Shown here: one piece after another, positions 27,634 to 40,986 of the stretch
Position numbering within the stretch: position 1 is the first letter of the stretch
How the letters are laid out: each line of letters opens with the position of its first letter
DNA from: Octopus vulgaris
Taxonomy: Eukaryota
NCBI GenBank assembly: GCA_951406725.2
Contig: OX597816.1
Location: 151,528,001-151,592,000, forward strand
DNA length: 64,000 nucleotides
Direction: 5' to 3'
The notes under the pieces: model-generated
Told to the model about the DNA's origin: nothing
What the model saw: only the letters and a program-made list of their open reading frames with translations
The model's database searches: none
Made by a program: the position numbers and the translations under genes

Positions 27634-28045
27634 CACAGGAGTGGCTGTGTGGTAAGTAGCTTGCTTACCAATCACATGGTTCCGGGTCCAGTCCCACTGC
27701 ATGGCACTTTGGGCAAGTGTCTTCTACTATAGCCTCGGGCTGACCAAAGCCTTGTGAGTGGATTTAGTAGCCGGAAACTGAAAGAAGCTCGTCGTATATA
27801 TGTATATATGTGTGTGTCTGTGTGTGTGTGTGTGCGCGCGCGCGCGAGCTCGTGTGTTTGTGTTTGTTCCTACCACCGCTTGACACCCCCGTAACTTAGC
27901 GGTTCGGCAAAAGAGAGCGATAGAATACGTACCAGGCTTAAAAAAAAAGAAAGTACTGGGAGTCGATTCATTCGACTAAGTCCTTTCAACGCGGTGTCTT
28001 AGTATGGCTGTAGTCTAATGGCTAAAATACTAAAACTAGTAAAAG
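27632..28045 (+). mobile_element. SINE family A
   Basis: Head, CORE-like motif, microsatellite and diverged tail. Confidence 0.8.
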
Positions 28046-29138
28046 ATATATATATATATATATAAATCGAAGATAAAACAAAAAGAATAAAAGAATAAAA
28101 ACAAAAACAACAAAAGACAAAAGGGCGTGCACAGTGAATTATTAGGTTGACGCTCTGTTTAAGATAGAAAAAAACAAGAGGTGTGACGTTTCGAGCATGA
28201 CTCTTCGTCAGAAAGAAGAGAGGGAAGGTCCAGAGAGAAGGAAAGAAAAGTATAAAAAAAGCAAGTCTGCGGTTATATGACAGAGACAGGCAGACAACAT
28301 AAATATAGATATATTAAATATCATACAACATAAACTTCTGCTTTACTAGAATTATCTCCGCCTCAAGAGAATGTGTTATAATTATCAAATGACGATTAAG
28401 ACCAGCTACATTTTAGAAGGGAAGACAATCTCATGAGTCAAGAATTCTCCAAAGTTGACTGCCATTAAGGAAAAGGACAGGCTAATTATCTGAAGATAAG
28501 ACAGTCGTGGTTACGAGTTTCTGTCTCACTAGGCGTCATCAGCACAGCTGTTGTCCAACCCTGTAGCCAAAGAACTTACACTTATACAAAACAGATTACT
28601 GCTAAATATATCATATGCGCGCGCACATTTGCTGGCAGCCAAGGAAGATTGGTACTTAGTTGTATATAACAAAAGCTTAATAATTCTTTTTTTTATTATA
28701 ATTTTATCTTTATTTTTTACTTTTTCTGGTGGTTTATGACCAAATTTTGATAACCAAGTAGATAACTAATTGCTTTAATTTGATTTTACTTTATTTTGTT
28801 TTATTTGATTATATTTATCTACTTATCTACTTTCGTTTTAATATGTTCATAAAAATGGGCATTCTGACATCTGGAAGGGGGTGCAACCTTGATAAATATA
28901 TCTCAAGGCAATTAATAGACAACCTAGCTAACTATTTACGTCCCATAAAATGATCTGGCGAGAAATCTAATTCATTATGTTACAACACAACTATATATGT
29001 GCATCTATTTGTATATTTATATGTATGTAGGACGCCTTAACGTCGGTCATGTAGCTGGATACAGATTATGAAACAGCTGTCAACAAATAGAATAAATATT
29101 TCATCTCTCACTGAATTTTGTTAAATTATAAACCTCCG

Positions 29139-29178
<40 letters not shown>

Positions 29179-29743
29179 TGTATGCATGTGTGTGTATATC
29201 TATCTATATGCATATATACACACACACTCACACACACATACACACACACATATGTACATATAAAGCGTTTTATTTGATAATATCTATAAGATACATTATT
29301 GACCCTTAGAATAAATATTGGGGTGTGTGTGTGTGTGTGTGTGTGTGTTTACTTTAATGTCAGGTAATAAATATATCCTTGGTTATGGCATGTAACCAGT
29401 TAGAAAGTTACCATTGTTTTCGCGTCTTACACTAGGCAATATAGACGACATCCGCTTTATCACCCTCTTCATTCGGACTTCGCAAGTACATTTGTGGATT
29501 TACACTTTTTATATATTTATATTTATGAATTTTTATGTGTTCATAAATTTTTATATGTGTATGAATTTTTATATATTTAAAGATGTTCGTATACATCTAT
29601 GTATTTATAAATTCTTAGAAATTTTTTATAAAACATATAGATGAATGCATCTATGTATGTACTTTGTATACCATGGAGAATTTCGTTAATATGGATTGAA
29701 AGAATATATACATCGGCCTTAGAATTTTTTCCCTCTCCTTAAT

Positions 29744-29745
<2 letters not shown>

Positions 29746-29775
<30 letters not shown>

Positions 29776-29850
29776 CATATATATATATACATATATACAT
29801 ATATACATATATACATATATATATACATATATATATATATACATATATAT

Positions 29851-29900
<50 letters not shown>

Positions 29901-29911
29901 GTATATGTATA

Positions 29912-29992
<81 letters not shown>

Positions 29993-30001
29993 ATATGTAT
30001 G

Positions 30002-30035
<34 letters not shown>

Positions 30036-30050
30036 TGTATACACACGCAC
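29746..30050. repeat. Compound (TA)n/(TATAC)/(TATG)n microsatellite, representative of many in the window
   Basis: Directly visible. Confidence 0.95.
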
Positions 30051-30577
30051 GCACACAGTCGGAAAATATAAAGTCAGAGACATCTTTCTGGATTCGAACT
30101 CGAGATTCAGTGTTGTAATGTAACTTATACATTCCGACAGATATCGTTATCATGTCTTCATTTTACGTTCTTACTTGCTTTCCTCTTCCTTTATGGCTAT
30201 CACTCTTTCCTTCTTTCTTTCTTTCTTTCCTTCCTTCCTTCTCTCGGAAAGCGTGTTTGTCAGACTGGCAGGCCTTATACGGTTCGAATGGTGAGAGTAG
30301 ATCTTGCTCATTGCTGTAGTAGTTGTTACTGTGTGTGTGTGTTGCGCGCACGCACCGCATTACAAATAGGTAGTGGTTTTGTGTGCATGTGCATAAGAGA
30401 CAAAAAGAAGAGGGAGAGAGGAAGAGAGGGAGAGAGAGAGCGACAGCGAGAATGAGAAGAGAGAGCGTTCTTAGAAACCTGATACTTGCAGTATATATTT
30501 ACACAGCATGATACGAGATTGGAATATATGTTGTCTGTCTGTCAGTTTGTCGGTCTTTATCTTTTTATCTCATCTTT

Positions 30578-30636
<59 letters not shown>

Positions 30637-32270
30637 GTAGTTTGTTATTTCTCTCTTCACTCTCTTATTTTCCCTTTCTCTCTAACGTGACCAAAATCTC
30701 AACCATGCTTGTTATCATTTATAACACCACTGTCCCTCTCAACATCATCATCCCTGCTTGACGATACCCTAATGAAAGATAACAGCTAATATGCCCAAGG
30801 TCAGCCCTATTCTTCCTTCTAAAGATGAAGTGTCGTGGCCAGAACTAGGATTCTAAATTGTCCCGAATCGCTGGGAACCATTCCTAGTCTATTGCGTACC
30901 GCGGAGGTTCACTAGTTGCACAGAATAATATATCAATTTCTTAAATTTGCACAAGATTACAAATTAATGAAGGTGAGATATAGTCGTTTGAACCATGCAA
31001 AATATAATTTACAAACTAAATACTGTAATGCGATTTGGTCCGTTTTCTGGGGAGGGAAAAAAAGCTTAGTAAGAAGAGAAAGAGCAGCACGCATTTTCCT
31101 TTTGCGTTGCCTTTCAGAGTAATCTGAAGAAGGTACGGAGTCGTCTTTAGACTTATCCCAAATATTTTAAACATAGTGGACGCCACTAAAGGTACTAAGG
31201 AAGCAAGTAATGGTGTTAAACTTGCGTCGGATTAAGTCTTATAACTCAATAACAAGAACGGGTCAGATTCAATCAACTATATTTCGTTTGCAAAGATTTA
31301 CTTCACCCGAGGCTAGGCTAAGAATATATATATATAACAAAAAAGATATTTGCCCAACCACATAATGACGAAGCGATCTTCTTAAGCACACAGCCGGTTC
31401 CAGCGTCCCCGGCTTAATCTGTCTCCCAGTTTAACACTTCGACTGAGTGTCTCTAGCAGAGTCTCTATTCTGTTGCAAGAATTCAGGCTTGGTCAAGTTT
31501 TGGTATTACTTTCCTTCAACCAGTCTCGGAGAGCCCTGTGAACGGTCATGGGCACAGCCTTGCGTCCCGACAAAAAGAATTTTAAAAAAATTCTCTACTA
31601 TTTAGCCGGGTATCGATTTTTAACATTGTCACAAGTCATATATTCTGGCGAAACGGAATAATCAATTAAATTGACTCAAGTACTTGACATATTTAATATG
31701 TCCACTACAGAAGAAGGAAAGGTAAACTTAAATGGCAGGACTTGATCTTAGAACTTAAAATGACAACTAAATACCGCAGGGAATATTACACTGTCAGGAT
31801 TTTAAGAGATAATATCATGATACTCTCTGTTTTGTAATACATTAATGATATTCTTTCATGAATTTTAGAAGTCAGTATATTAATAATATTTCCACTGAGG
31901 TTCTTGTTACAAAATAATGCAAATCCCTACATTCTTAGAGCATCTGTTTATAGTTAAGGAGACTTATAGCCATTGAAAGTTACATGTCTGCCATGGATGC
32001 AGTGCAAGTCTAAAAATACTTCGACTAAATGCTCACCTCCCTAAGGAAGGTACTCATTGATAATGCAAGCCCTGAACTAGATAACACAAAACACCCGAGA
32101 TAGCTTTATATTTGCCAAATTCTCTTTCCTTCTGAAAAAATGTAAAATTTCTCTCATAATCACTATGTCTAAAATGCGAAAGCAGTGAGAACTGGAAATT
32201 TAATAACCTCCGTAAATGTGTGTGTATAAATGTATACCTATCTGTATATACACAAGCGCGCACGCATGCA

Positions 32271-32331
<61 letters not shown>

Positions 32332-33373
32332 ATTGTTTTCTCTTAATCTTGCCCCCCCCCAAAAGACTATGCTTCACCGAGGAGGTCTAATAAACACCAA
32401 GCATGTCCGTTGCTTTCACTCTAAAGAGCAGATCCACTTCAATTAACAGTATTTTTCTAGTTTAAAATGTTCGATCAACTGATTTTACTGAATTTATCTA
32501 CCTTGCTTATATATATTTAAATTTTAGATATTCATAGAAGCTTTTGTCTTCTAATTACTTTGATAATCTCCGTTAACGAAAGTCTTTCAACAGACTATAT
32601 TATGTATGTAAGACATTAAACCCTTTTAGCGAAATTGATGCCCAGGTTCCATCTATTTACTTTCGTGATCGAATACTTTCCTTTTTTAAATACCGAAATA
32701 TTAGGGCATTCTTTTCCTGACCTCTTACTTTTAAACACATGAAGCCCGTGTGCCTTTTTTTTTAACGGAATACTAAGGTTTTTTTTTTAAGTAAAGCAAT
32801 CATGACCTAACTAAAGTAATCGTGAGCCCCTGTGTTTTGGATCGACCTAATAGAAATAGCATCCAAATTTCCCTCAGGTGATACTCTATAGCCTTAAAAG
32901 TAAAAGTACTTATCATAATGTATAGTGATGAGAAGAACGTCTTTGACTGTATGCCAGGTTAACCTGTAGCTAAGCAGCGCAAACTGCAACACTAAACAGG
33001 AGGTCCATTGATCTAGTTTTATTACCGAGAACTTTTGTTTTTAGATGCTGAAATATGAAGATGCTCACTTATTTGATCGATACCTTTTAACGGATGAAGA
33101 CACTGCCATCATTAATAAAAATCTACCTTAGCTAAAAGAAAATCCAACACAAGCCAAGGTGGAAACCGATGTTTAGGAGTTTCTTGAGAAATTTTTGACA
33201 GACATCAATGAATCATTTTTTTTTTTTTGCCACCAAAGATCATTAATAAAGAGTGACGAAGAAATAAATAAATTTTATAGTTGCATACATAACCCCCCGC
33301 CAAAAGAAAAAGAAAGAAAGAGAGAAAAGAAAAATCTAATTCAATATCCTCGTAATAATTTCATTATATAAAA

Positions 33374-35451
33374 CTAGCGGTATCTCCCGGCGTTGCTCGG
33401 GTTTGTAAGGGAAATAACTATATAAGCATTTTTAGAGAGTTATAGCAAAAAAATGGCAAAAAAATGCATTAAAAATGGAATAAAAAATGATGGTAATTTT
33501 TTTTTTTAATCATTGACTCATCGTAGACATTTTTAGAGAGTTACTTCCCTTATATAATAGCGAAAAAATGCATTAACATGGAAAAAATGATGGTAAATTT
33601 TTTTTTAAATCGTAGACTCATCGTAGACGCGCGCTAATACCCAGAAGGGCTCGATATGAATCACGACTATAAGATACCCGGTTTTGGTTAAACTGCACCG
33701 CAAAATGTGGGAGTAGTTAGGAATCTAAATCGTAGGAGACAGACACACAACTTGACTTTTATATATAAAGATTTGTGCAACAACTAAAACATTCGATTGT
33801 GCAAATTGTTTGCACAGGAAACCTGCCCTGTGTGGAGGTTTTTGCCGTTTTTGTGGATCTGTTTCAGCTTTTTTAGCGATTTCTGATTTGGCGACTTCAA
33901 GCCATGAAGTCGTTGTTCTAAAAGAACGCTGGTCTCCTTGACAACGCTTTACGACATTGATTTCCATACCCTGCCTTCCCCACAGTTTCACGAGGAAGGG
34001 AAGAAGGGGAGGAGCTACACAGGTGCGAGCATGAACGCCAACGCCGCCACCGACACACGAAAAAATTGGAAGAACCCAGACGACAGCTTCAGCCACCACC
34101 ACCACTACCACCACGACCAACACCATCACCACTACCACCATGACCACCACCACCACTACGCCCATGACCATCACCACCACCATCACGAAGACCACGACCA
34201 CCACCATCATCACCACCCCCACCCCCACCCCCACCACCACCACCACCCACAACAACAACAACAACAACACCACCACCACCACCACCACCACAAACACGAC
34301 GACCACTACGACCACAACCACCATCACCACTACCAGCACCACCGCCACCACCGCCACCACCGCCACCACCGCCACCACCGCCACCACCACCGCTTCCACT
34401 ACCACCGCCTCCACCACCACCATACTATGCCTCTGCTCTCTCCTTTTGGCTACTAAATCCATTACCATATTTCACAAGTACCATCGCCATACAATATTGC
34501 CTTCAAAAGTTTGTGTTTGGATAATACTTTTTAAGTAAAAGTTGTGCAACAACTATAACATTCGGTTGTGCAAATTATTTGCACGGGAAACCTTCCCTGT
34601 GTGGCGTGTTTCCCGATTTTGTAGAATTTGCTTTCGGGCTTTCTTAGCCATTTCTGTTTTGGTGTCTTCAAGTCATGAAGTCATTGTTCTAAAAGTACGC
34701 TGGTCTCCTTGACAACGCTTTACGACGTTGATTTCCTTACACTCCCTTCCCCACAGCTTCACGAGGGAGGGAAGAAGGGGGAGAAGCAACACAGGTGCAG
34801 GTGTGAGCATGGACGCCAGCTCCGCCGCCATCGACACACGAAAAAATATGCGTTAAAATGGAAAAAAATTATGGTAAATTATTTTTAAAATCGTAGACTC
34901 ATCGTAGACGCGCGCTAATACCCAGACGGGCTCGATATGAATCACGACTATAAGATACCCGAATTTGGTTAAACTGCACCGCAAAATGTGGGAGTAGTTA
35001 GGAATCTAAATCGTAGGAGACAGACACTCACGCAACTTCACTTTTATATATATACTAGCAGTATCGCCCGGCGTTGCTCGGGTTTGTAAGGGAAATAACT
35101 ATATAAGCATTTTTAGAGAGTTATAGCCAAAAAATAGCAAAAAAATGCATTAAAAATGGAAAAAAAATGATGGTAATTTTTTTTTTAAATCGTTGACTTA
35201 TCTTAGACGTTTTTAGAGAGTGACTTCCCTTATATAATAGCGAAAAATGCATTAAAATGGAAAAAAATGATGGTAAATTATTTTTAAAATCGTAGACTCA
35301 TCGTAGACGCGCGCTAATACCCAGGAGGGCTCGATATGAATCACGACTATTAGATACCCAGTTTTGGTTAAACTGCACCGCAAAATGTGGGAATAGTTAA
35401 GAATCTAAATCGTAGGAGACAGACACACAACCTTACTTTTATATATAAAGA
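33374..35451 (-). mobile_element. Cluster of non-autonomous Helitrons (units 33374-33771, about 33772-35054, 35055-35451)
   Basis: Repeated plus-strand CTAGC(A/G)GTAT...CCCGGCGTTGCTCGGG 3' ends and TTTTATATATAAAGA 5' ends, with internal segments shared with 6245-6759. Confidence 0.8.
34090..34422. repeat. Degenerate (CAC/CCA)n trinucleotide tract
   Basis: Directly visible. It is the source of the His-, Thr- and Val-rich pseudo-ORFs. Confidence 0.9.
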
Positions 35452-35454
35452 AGA

Positions 35455-35668
35455 TATACTCTTTACTCTTTTAATTTTTTCAGTCATTTGACTGTGGCCA
35501 TGCTGGAACACCGCATTTAGTCGAGCAAATCGCCCCCCAGGACTTATTCTTTGGAAGCCTAGTACTTATTCTATCGTTATTCTTTTGCCGAACCGCTAAG
35601 TTACGGGGACGTAAATACACCAGCATCGGTTGTCAAGCGATGTTGGGAGGACAAACGCAGGCACACAA

Positions 35669-35680
<12 letters not shown>
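35455..35680 (-). mobile_element. SINE family A 3' half
   Basis: Reverse complement of the family A tail up to the microsatellite. Confidence 0.8.
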
Positions 35681-35766
<86 letters not shown>

Positions 35767-35792
35767 AGGTTTGGAGATGATGTACAGGTATT

Positions 35793-36073
35793 ATATATTA
35801 GAAGAAATGAGGTAATCAGAAGATCGGATGGTTCATGTTTATAGATATTTATTTATATATTACATTTTTTACATATATATATCATATCATTCAGATCATA
35901 TCATTCAGATTATTAGCGCTTTCTCCTATTCTATTGGGGTTTTCAAATCAAATTAATTTGATATATTATATCTGAATGATATGATATATATATGTAAAAA
36001 ATGTAATATATAAATAAATATCTATAAATATGAACCATCCGATCTTCTGATTACCTCATTTCTTCTAATATAT
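35793..36073. repeat. Foldback (about 100-bp arms) in a (TA)n-flanked insert
   Basis: TTAGAAGAAATGAGGTAATCAGAAGATCGGATGGTTCAT... is followed by its reverse complement ...ATGAACCATCCGATCTTCTGATTACCTCATTTCTTCTAA. Confidence 0.85.
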
Positions 36074-36468
36074 ATATACTTTATTAAACCACTACATAAG
36101 AACATTAAGGTCAAACATAATAATATAGAACAAAACAGTGTACATGAAGGAGTAATATGATACAATAAGTACAATATGCAGTGGTTTAATAAATTATGTG
36201 ATTGAGTATTATCTGGTAGTTGATAATTGATTTAGATATATTTCTCCATTTTCTTATTTTGTATTATTAATTTGTGGTAAATCATTTTACCTTTGCCCAT
36301 ATAATACAGTAAATGGATTAATTGCATTGCAATTGCATTGCAATAACATTTATGTTATTAACTTTGTTGGGTACTTCACTAGCAGTATATTGGATATATG
36401 TTCTCCCATGGAGGGTTGCACTTACAACCCCTATCTCAATTTGTATATATAGATAGATGGAGATATAG

Positions 36469-36473
<5 letters not shown>

Positions 36474-36564
<91 letters not shown>

Positions 36565-36602
36565 ATCTATTTACCTATCTATCTACCTATCTATCTACCT
36601 AC

Positions 36603-36670
<68 letters not shown>
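36474..36670. repeat. (TATC)n plus (TC)n microsatellite
   Basis: Directly visible. Confidence 0.95.
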
Positions 36671-36673
<3 letters not shown>

Positions 36674-36926
36674 TTATCTATCTATCTTCCTATCTATCTC
36701 CCCCCTCTCTCTATTACATGAACTCTACTAATTCCTTCTATTGCAGCTCCTTTAACTCGTCTCTGATGATGGAATATCATTTATGCCCCAGAAACAACTG
36801 TAAGACCACCTTTCTATTTATAAAGATTGTAGGAAACTCAAATTGCCTTGACCGCGTTATCCTATTTCATTTAACACACACACACACACAATATGTATAA
36901 TATTACATCACATCATATCATATATA

Positions 36927-37092
36927 CAGGGTGCAATTGGTAAATTGTCACCATTTTACGGCTTTAATTTCGCGCATGCGCATTGCTTGCTTTTGATTTT
37001 GTCGACTACACAGTATAGTAGGGTCCGTTGGGCACTGTGTGTGTGAGAAAAACAGCACCATGACGCAATTCACTCTGCCAGAAATTTGGAAA
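36927..37092 (+). mobile_element. Tc1/mariner-type left end with truncated ORF start
   Basis: TA|CAGGGTGC terminus typical of Tc1-like TIRs, and an ATG start (MTQFTLPEIWK) cut off near a microsatellite. Confidence 0.45.
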
Positions 37093-37121
37093 TTTAATTG
37101 CTGTACTGCTTGGCATTCACG

Positions 37122-37174
<53 letters not shown>

Positions 37175-37485
37175 GGTGGATGTGTGTGTATGCATGTATG
37201 TTTATGTATGTATGTGTGTGAGTATGTATATGCATGTGTATGTTTGTCTGCATGTATGTTTATGTGTATGTATGTATGTATGTATGTATGTATGTATGTA
37301 TGTATGTATGTCCTATTTTTGTCCCGCAGGGTGTTCAACAAGCACCCACCTCACCAAGCAAGACTGGTGGGGTATTCTCCTTCTTCTTCTTGATATTGAA
37401 TATCAAATATTAAGGGACTAGTATACTTTCATGCGTTATAGCAGTTTTCAAGGCCCCAGGTTGTGACAGGAGTGTTTCAACTGTG

Positions 37486-37553
<68 letters not shown>

Positions 37554-37619
37554 GGTCCCGGGTTGAGTCGGGGTTAACCACAGTAAATAAGGTACTCAAT
37601 ACATAGCAGAGTAAATTAA

Positions 37620-37706
37620 TTTATTTTATAGAAGGAGCTTCTACAGGACTAGAACTGTTTTGAATGAAACAGTTCTAGTCCTGTAGAATACTCCTTCTAT
37701 AAAATA

Positions 37707-37708
<2 letters not shown>
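37620..37708. repeat. Foldback (about 41-bp arms) between (TA)n tracts
   Basis: TTATTTTATAGAAGGAG..TTCTACAGGACTAGAACTGTTT pairs with AAACAGTTCTAGTCCTGTAGAA..CTCCTTCTATAAAATAA. Confidence 0.85.
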
Positions 37709-37767
<59 letters not shown>

Positions 37768-37774
37768 GCCATGA

Positions 37775-38726
37775 TAGAGAGTTACTTCCCTTATAAATTC
37801 GGGCTTTCTTAGCCATTTTTGTTTTGGTGTCTTCAAGCCATGAAGTCGTTGTTCTAAAAGAACGCTGGTTTCCTTCACAACGCATTACGACGTTGATTTC
37901 TTTACACTCCCTTCCCCACAGCTTCACGAGGGAGGGAAGGGGGAGAAGCAAACAGGTGAAGCTGTGAGCGTGGACGCCAACTCCGCCGCCATCGACACAC
38001 GATGCATTTTATGCATTAAAATGGAATAAAAAATTATGTTAAATTATTTTTAAAATCGTAGACTCATCGTTGACGCGCGCTAATAGTCAGACGGGCTCGA
38101 TATGAATCACGACTATAAGATACCCGAATTTGGTTAAACTGCACCGCAAAATGTGGGAGTTAGGAATCTAAATCGAAGGGGACAGACACTCACACAACTA
38201 GAGTTTTATATATATATAGACTAGCAGTATCGCCCGGCGTTGCTCGGGTTTGTAAGGGAAATAACTATATAAGCATTTTTAGAGAGTTACTTCCCTTATA
38301 AATTCGGGCTTTCTTAGCCATTTTTGTTTTGGTGTCTTCAAGCCATGAAGTCGTTGTTCTAAAAGAACGCTGGTTTCCTTCACAACGCATTACGACGTTG
38401 ATTTCTTTACACTCCCTTCCCCACAGCTTCACGAGGGAGGGAAGGGGGAGAAGCAAACAGGTGCAGCTGTGAGCGTGGACGCCAACTCCGCCGCCATCGA
38501 CATACGATGCATTTTATGCATTAAAATGGAATAAAAAATGATGTTAAATTATTTTTAAAATCGTAGACTCATCGTTGACGCGCGCTAATAGTCAGACGGG
38601 CTCGATATGAATCACGACTATAAGATACCCGAATTTGGTTAAACTGCACCGCAAAATGTGGGAGGAGTTAGGAATCTAAATCGAAGGGGACAGACACTCA
38701 CACAACTAGAGTTTTATATATATAGA
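37775..38726 (-). mobile_element. Tandem Helitron dimer (38221-38726 complete, 37775-38220 3'-truncated)
   Basis: Two near-identical copies joined exactly CTAG|TC on the minus strand at 38221/38220. Confidence 0.9.
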
Positions 38727-39348
38727 TATATGTTTAACTGTAGCTGCGTTGTTAAGAAGCTCGCCTCTCGACTACGGTACGTCGAGTTACGTCTGTTTGT
38801 GTAAAAAAGGAAAATGTAAAACCAAAAACAGTGGATTCTATTGTACGATCAACTGAATTATCTACCCTTGAAATAACGTGTTTGTGATTTAGCATTCACA
38901 GACACGTGTATCCTGAATATATTCTCAAGTAGACTCAGTGTGACCAGTACGTACCTTTTGATAACAGGTATAAACCTTCTGGTGGGCTTCGGTACAGTTT
39001 TTCTCTATCCAATTTTATTCACAAGGCATGGGTCGATCCGAGGCTGGAGAAAATGACATTTGCCCTAGAAGCTATGCAGTGGAATTGAACCTAGGACCTT
39101 GTGGTTACGAAGCGAACTGCTTAGCCATTCACCCGTGCTGCATTTACACCAAAAACACTGTACTAAAAAGACAGTCGTACCCTGTCCCCTCGACAAAATA
39201 CATTAGCCGTAGCACAGCGCTAGAGAAAAAATTATTCCGCGACCGCCAAACTTAACATCATTTCTGAGTGTTGACTCTTCTCTTTACCTTTCTGGATAAA
39301 TAAGTACTTTTGAAAAACATAGTGTCAATGTAATTAATTGTATTTCTT

Positions 39349-39983
39349 AGAGCGGCGAGCTAGCAGAATTGTTGGCTTAGTGGCATTTCGTCCGTCTTTG
39401 CGTTCTGAGTTCAGTTTTCTGCCGGGATCGAATTTGCCTTTGATTTCTTTCGAGGCCGATAAAATAAGTACCAGTTAAGTACTATTGTCGATGTAATCGA
39501 CTTAACCCCTCGCTCAAAATTTGTCAAAATTTGAAACAAATATGATTAATTGTATTTCTCTCGCCCTAAGGCGGCGAGCTAGCAGAAACGTTAGCACACC
39601 TGGCGAAATGCGTAGCTGTATTTCGTCTGCCGCTACGTTCTAGGTTCAAATTCCGCCGAGGTCGACTTTGCCTTTCATCCTTTCGGGGTCGATTAAATAA
39701 GTACCAGTTACGCACTGGGGTCGATATAATCGACTTAATCCGTTTGTCTGTCCTTGTTTGTCCTCTCTGTGTTTAGCCCCTTGTGGGTGGTAAAGAAATA
39801 GGTATTTCGTTTGTCGTTATGTTCTGAGCTCAAATTCCGCCGAGGTTGGCTTTGCCTTTCATCCTTTCGGGGTCGATAAATTAAATACCAGTTACGAACT
39901 GGGGTCGATGTAATCGACTTAATCCCTTTGTCCTTGTTTGTCCCCTCTATGTTTAGCCCTTTGTGGGCAATAAAGAAATAAGA
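39349..39983 (+). mobile_element. SINE family B copies (monomer with about 15-bp TSD, then a dimer)
   Basis: ATTAATTGTATTTCT flanks the first copy. The second copy (39568-39983) has a duplicated body. Confidence 0.8.
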
Positions 39984-40261
39984 ATCATTAGCACCGAGGG
40001 CAAAATGCTCAGCGGCATTTCTTCCAGTTCTGTACATTTTGAGTTCAACTCTCACCGCCGCGGTCGACTTGCCTTTCATCCCTTCAGGGTCGATAAAATA
40101 AAATACCAGTCAAGTACTAGGGGTCGTTATAATCAACTTGCCCCTCTTCTCAAAAATTGCTGGCCTTGAGCACTGCAATGAGCTGGTGTGCCATTCAAGA
40201 GAATGTTGTGATTTCAGTCATTTATACCCTATGGAAACCAGGCAAGCGGTCTTGTGAATCC

Positions 40262-40445
40262 GAATCCAGGTAAAAAAAAAAAGGAAAAAGTTACAGGAAA
40301 AAAAGTCACAGGGGTTTTGTCCAGGGGGTGGGGGTTGTCCGATGGGCTTTTGTCCTAGGGAGGTTTTGTCCGGATTCCATTTGTCTGTCCTTTTTTTCCT
40401 AGCCAAAATTGTGACTCTATTACTGTGACTTTATTACCGGTCACC
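40262..40445. mobile_element. GAATCC...GGTCACC family element
   Basis: Family termini, with decayed 8-bp flanks GTGAATCC/GTGAGTTC. Confidence 0.65.
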
Positions 40446-40525
40446 GTGAGTTCTAGGGATCAAGAGTAATTTAAGCCAAAAAAATAAACATTGGTATTCT
40501 AGCTTTGTACATATGTTAGAGATAC

Positions 40526-40986
40526 TAGTGTAGGACAAAAGTCCCCCCAGGACGAAAGTGCCTCGGACAAAAGCCCCATAGTTAAGGTGTGAAAGTGGAA
40601 AAAAGCCCCACGGTTATATTTTCTGATTATTATTTTTTTCGGTTTTTTCACCTTTTACTTGTTTCAGTCATTAGACTGCAGCCATGCTGCGGCACAGCCT
40701 TCAAGAATTTTTAGTTAAACGTATCGCCCCTAGAATTTTTTTCTTCTTTTTACTTGTAACAGTTATTAGATTGCAGTCGGCCATGCTGGGTTCCATACAG
40801 CCATCTAAAAATTCTTCAAGGTGGTGCCACAGCATGGCCACCCGCAGTCTAATAACTGCAACAAGTAAAAATAAAAAAAATTCTGGAGACGATACATTCA
40901 ACTAAAAATTCTAAAAACGAAAAATGTAACCATGGGGATTTTGTCCTAGGGGGCTTCTGGGGGGGGGGGGCTTTTGTTCGGACCCC
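40526..40986. mobile_element. MITE with 9-bp TSD (Mutator-like)
   Basis: Inverted subterminal GGACAAAAGCCCC repeats. TAGAGATAC occurs at 40517-40525 and 40987-40995. Confidence 0.7.

Noticed and set aside
30060-30480. Possible minus-strand first exon (GA-rich upstream, CAA|GTAAGA donor near 30175)
   Set aside because: There is no coding or transcript evidence, and such motifs are common by chance.
33725-34538. His-rich (172 aa), Thr-rich and Val-rich ORFs
   Set aside because: They are translations of a (CAC)n tract fused to Helitron internal sequence, open in several frames and on both strands.
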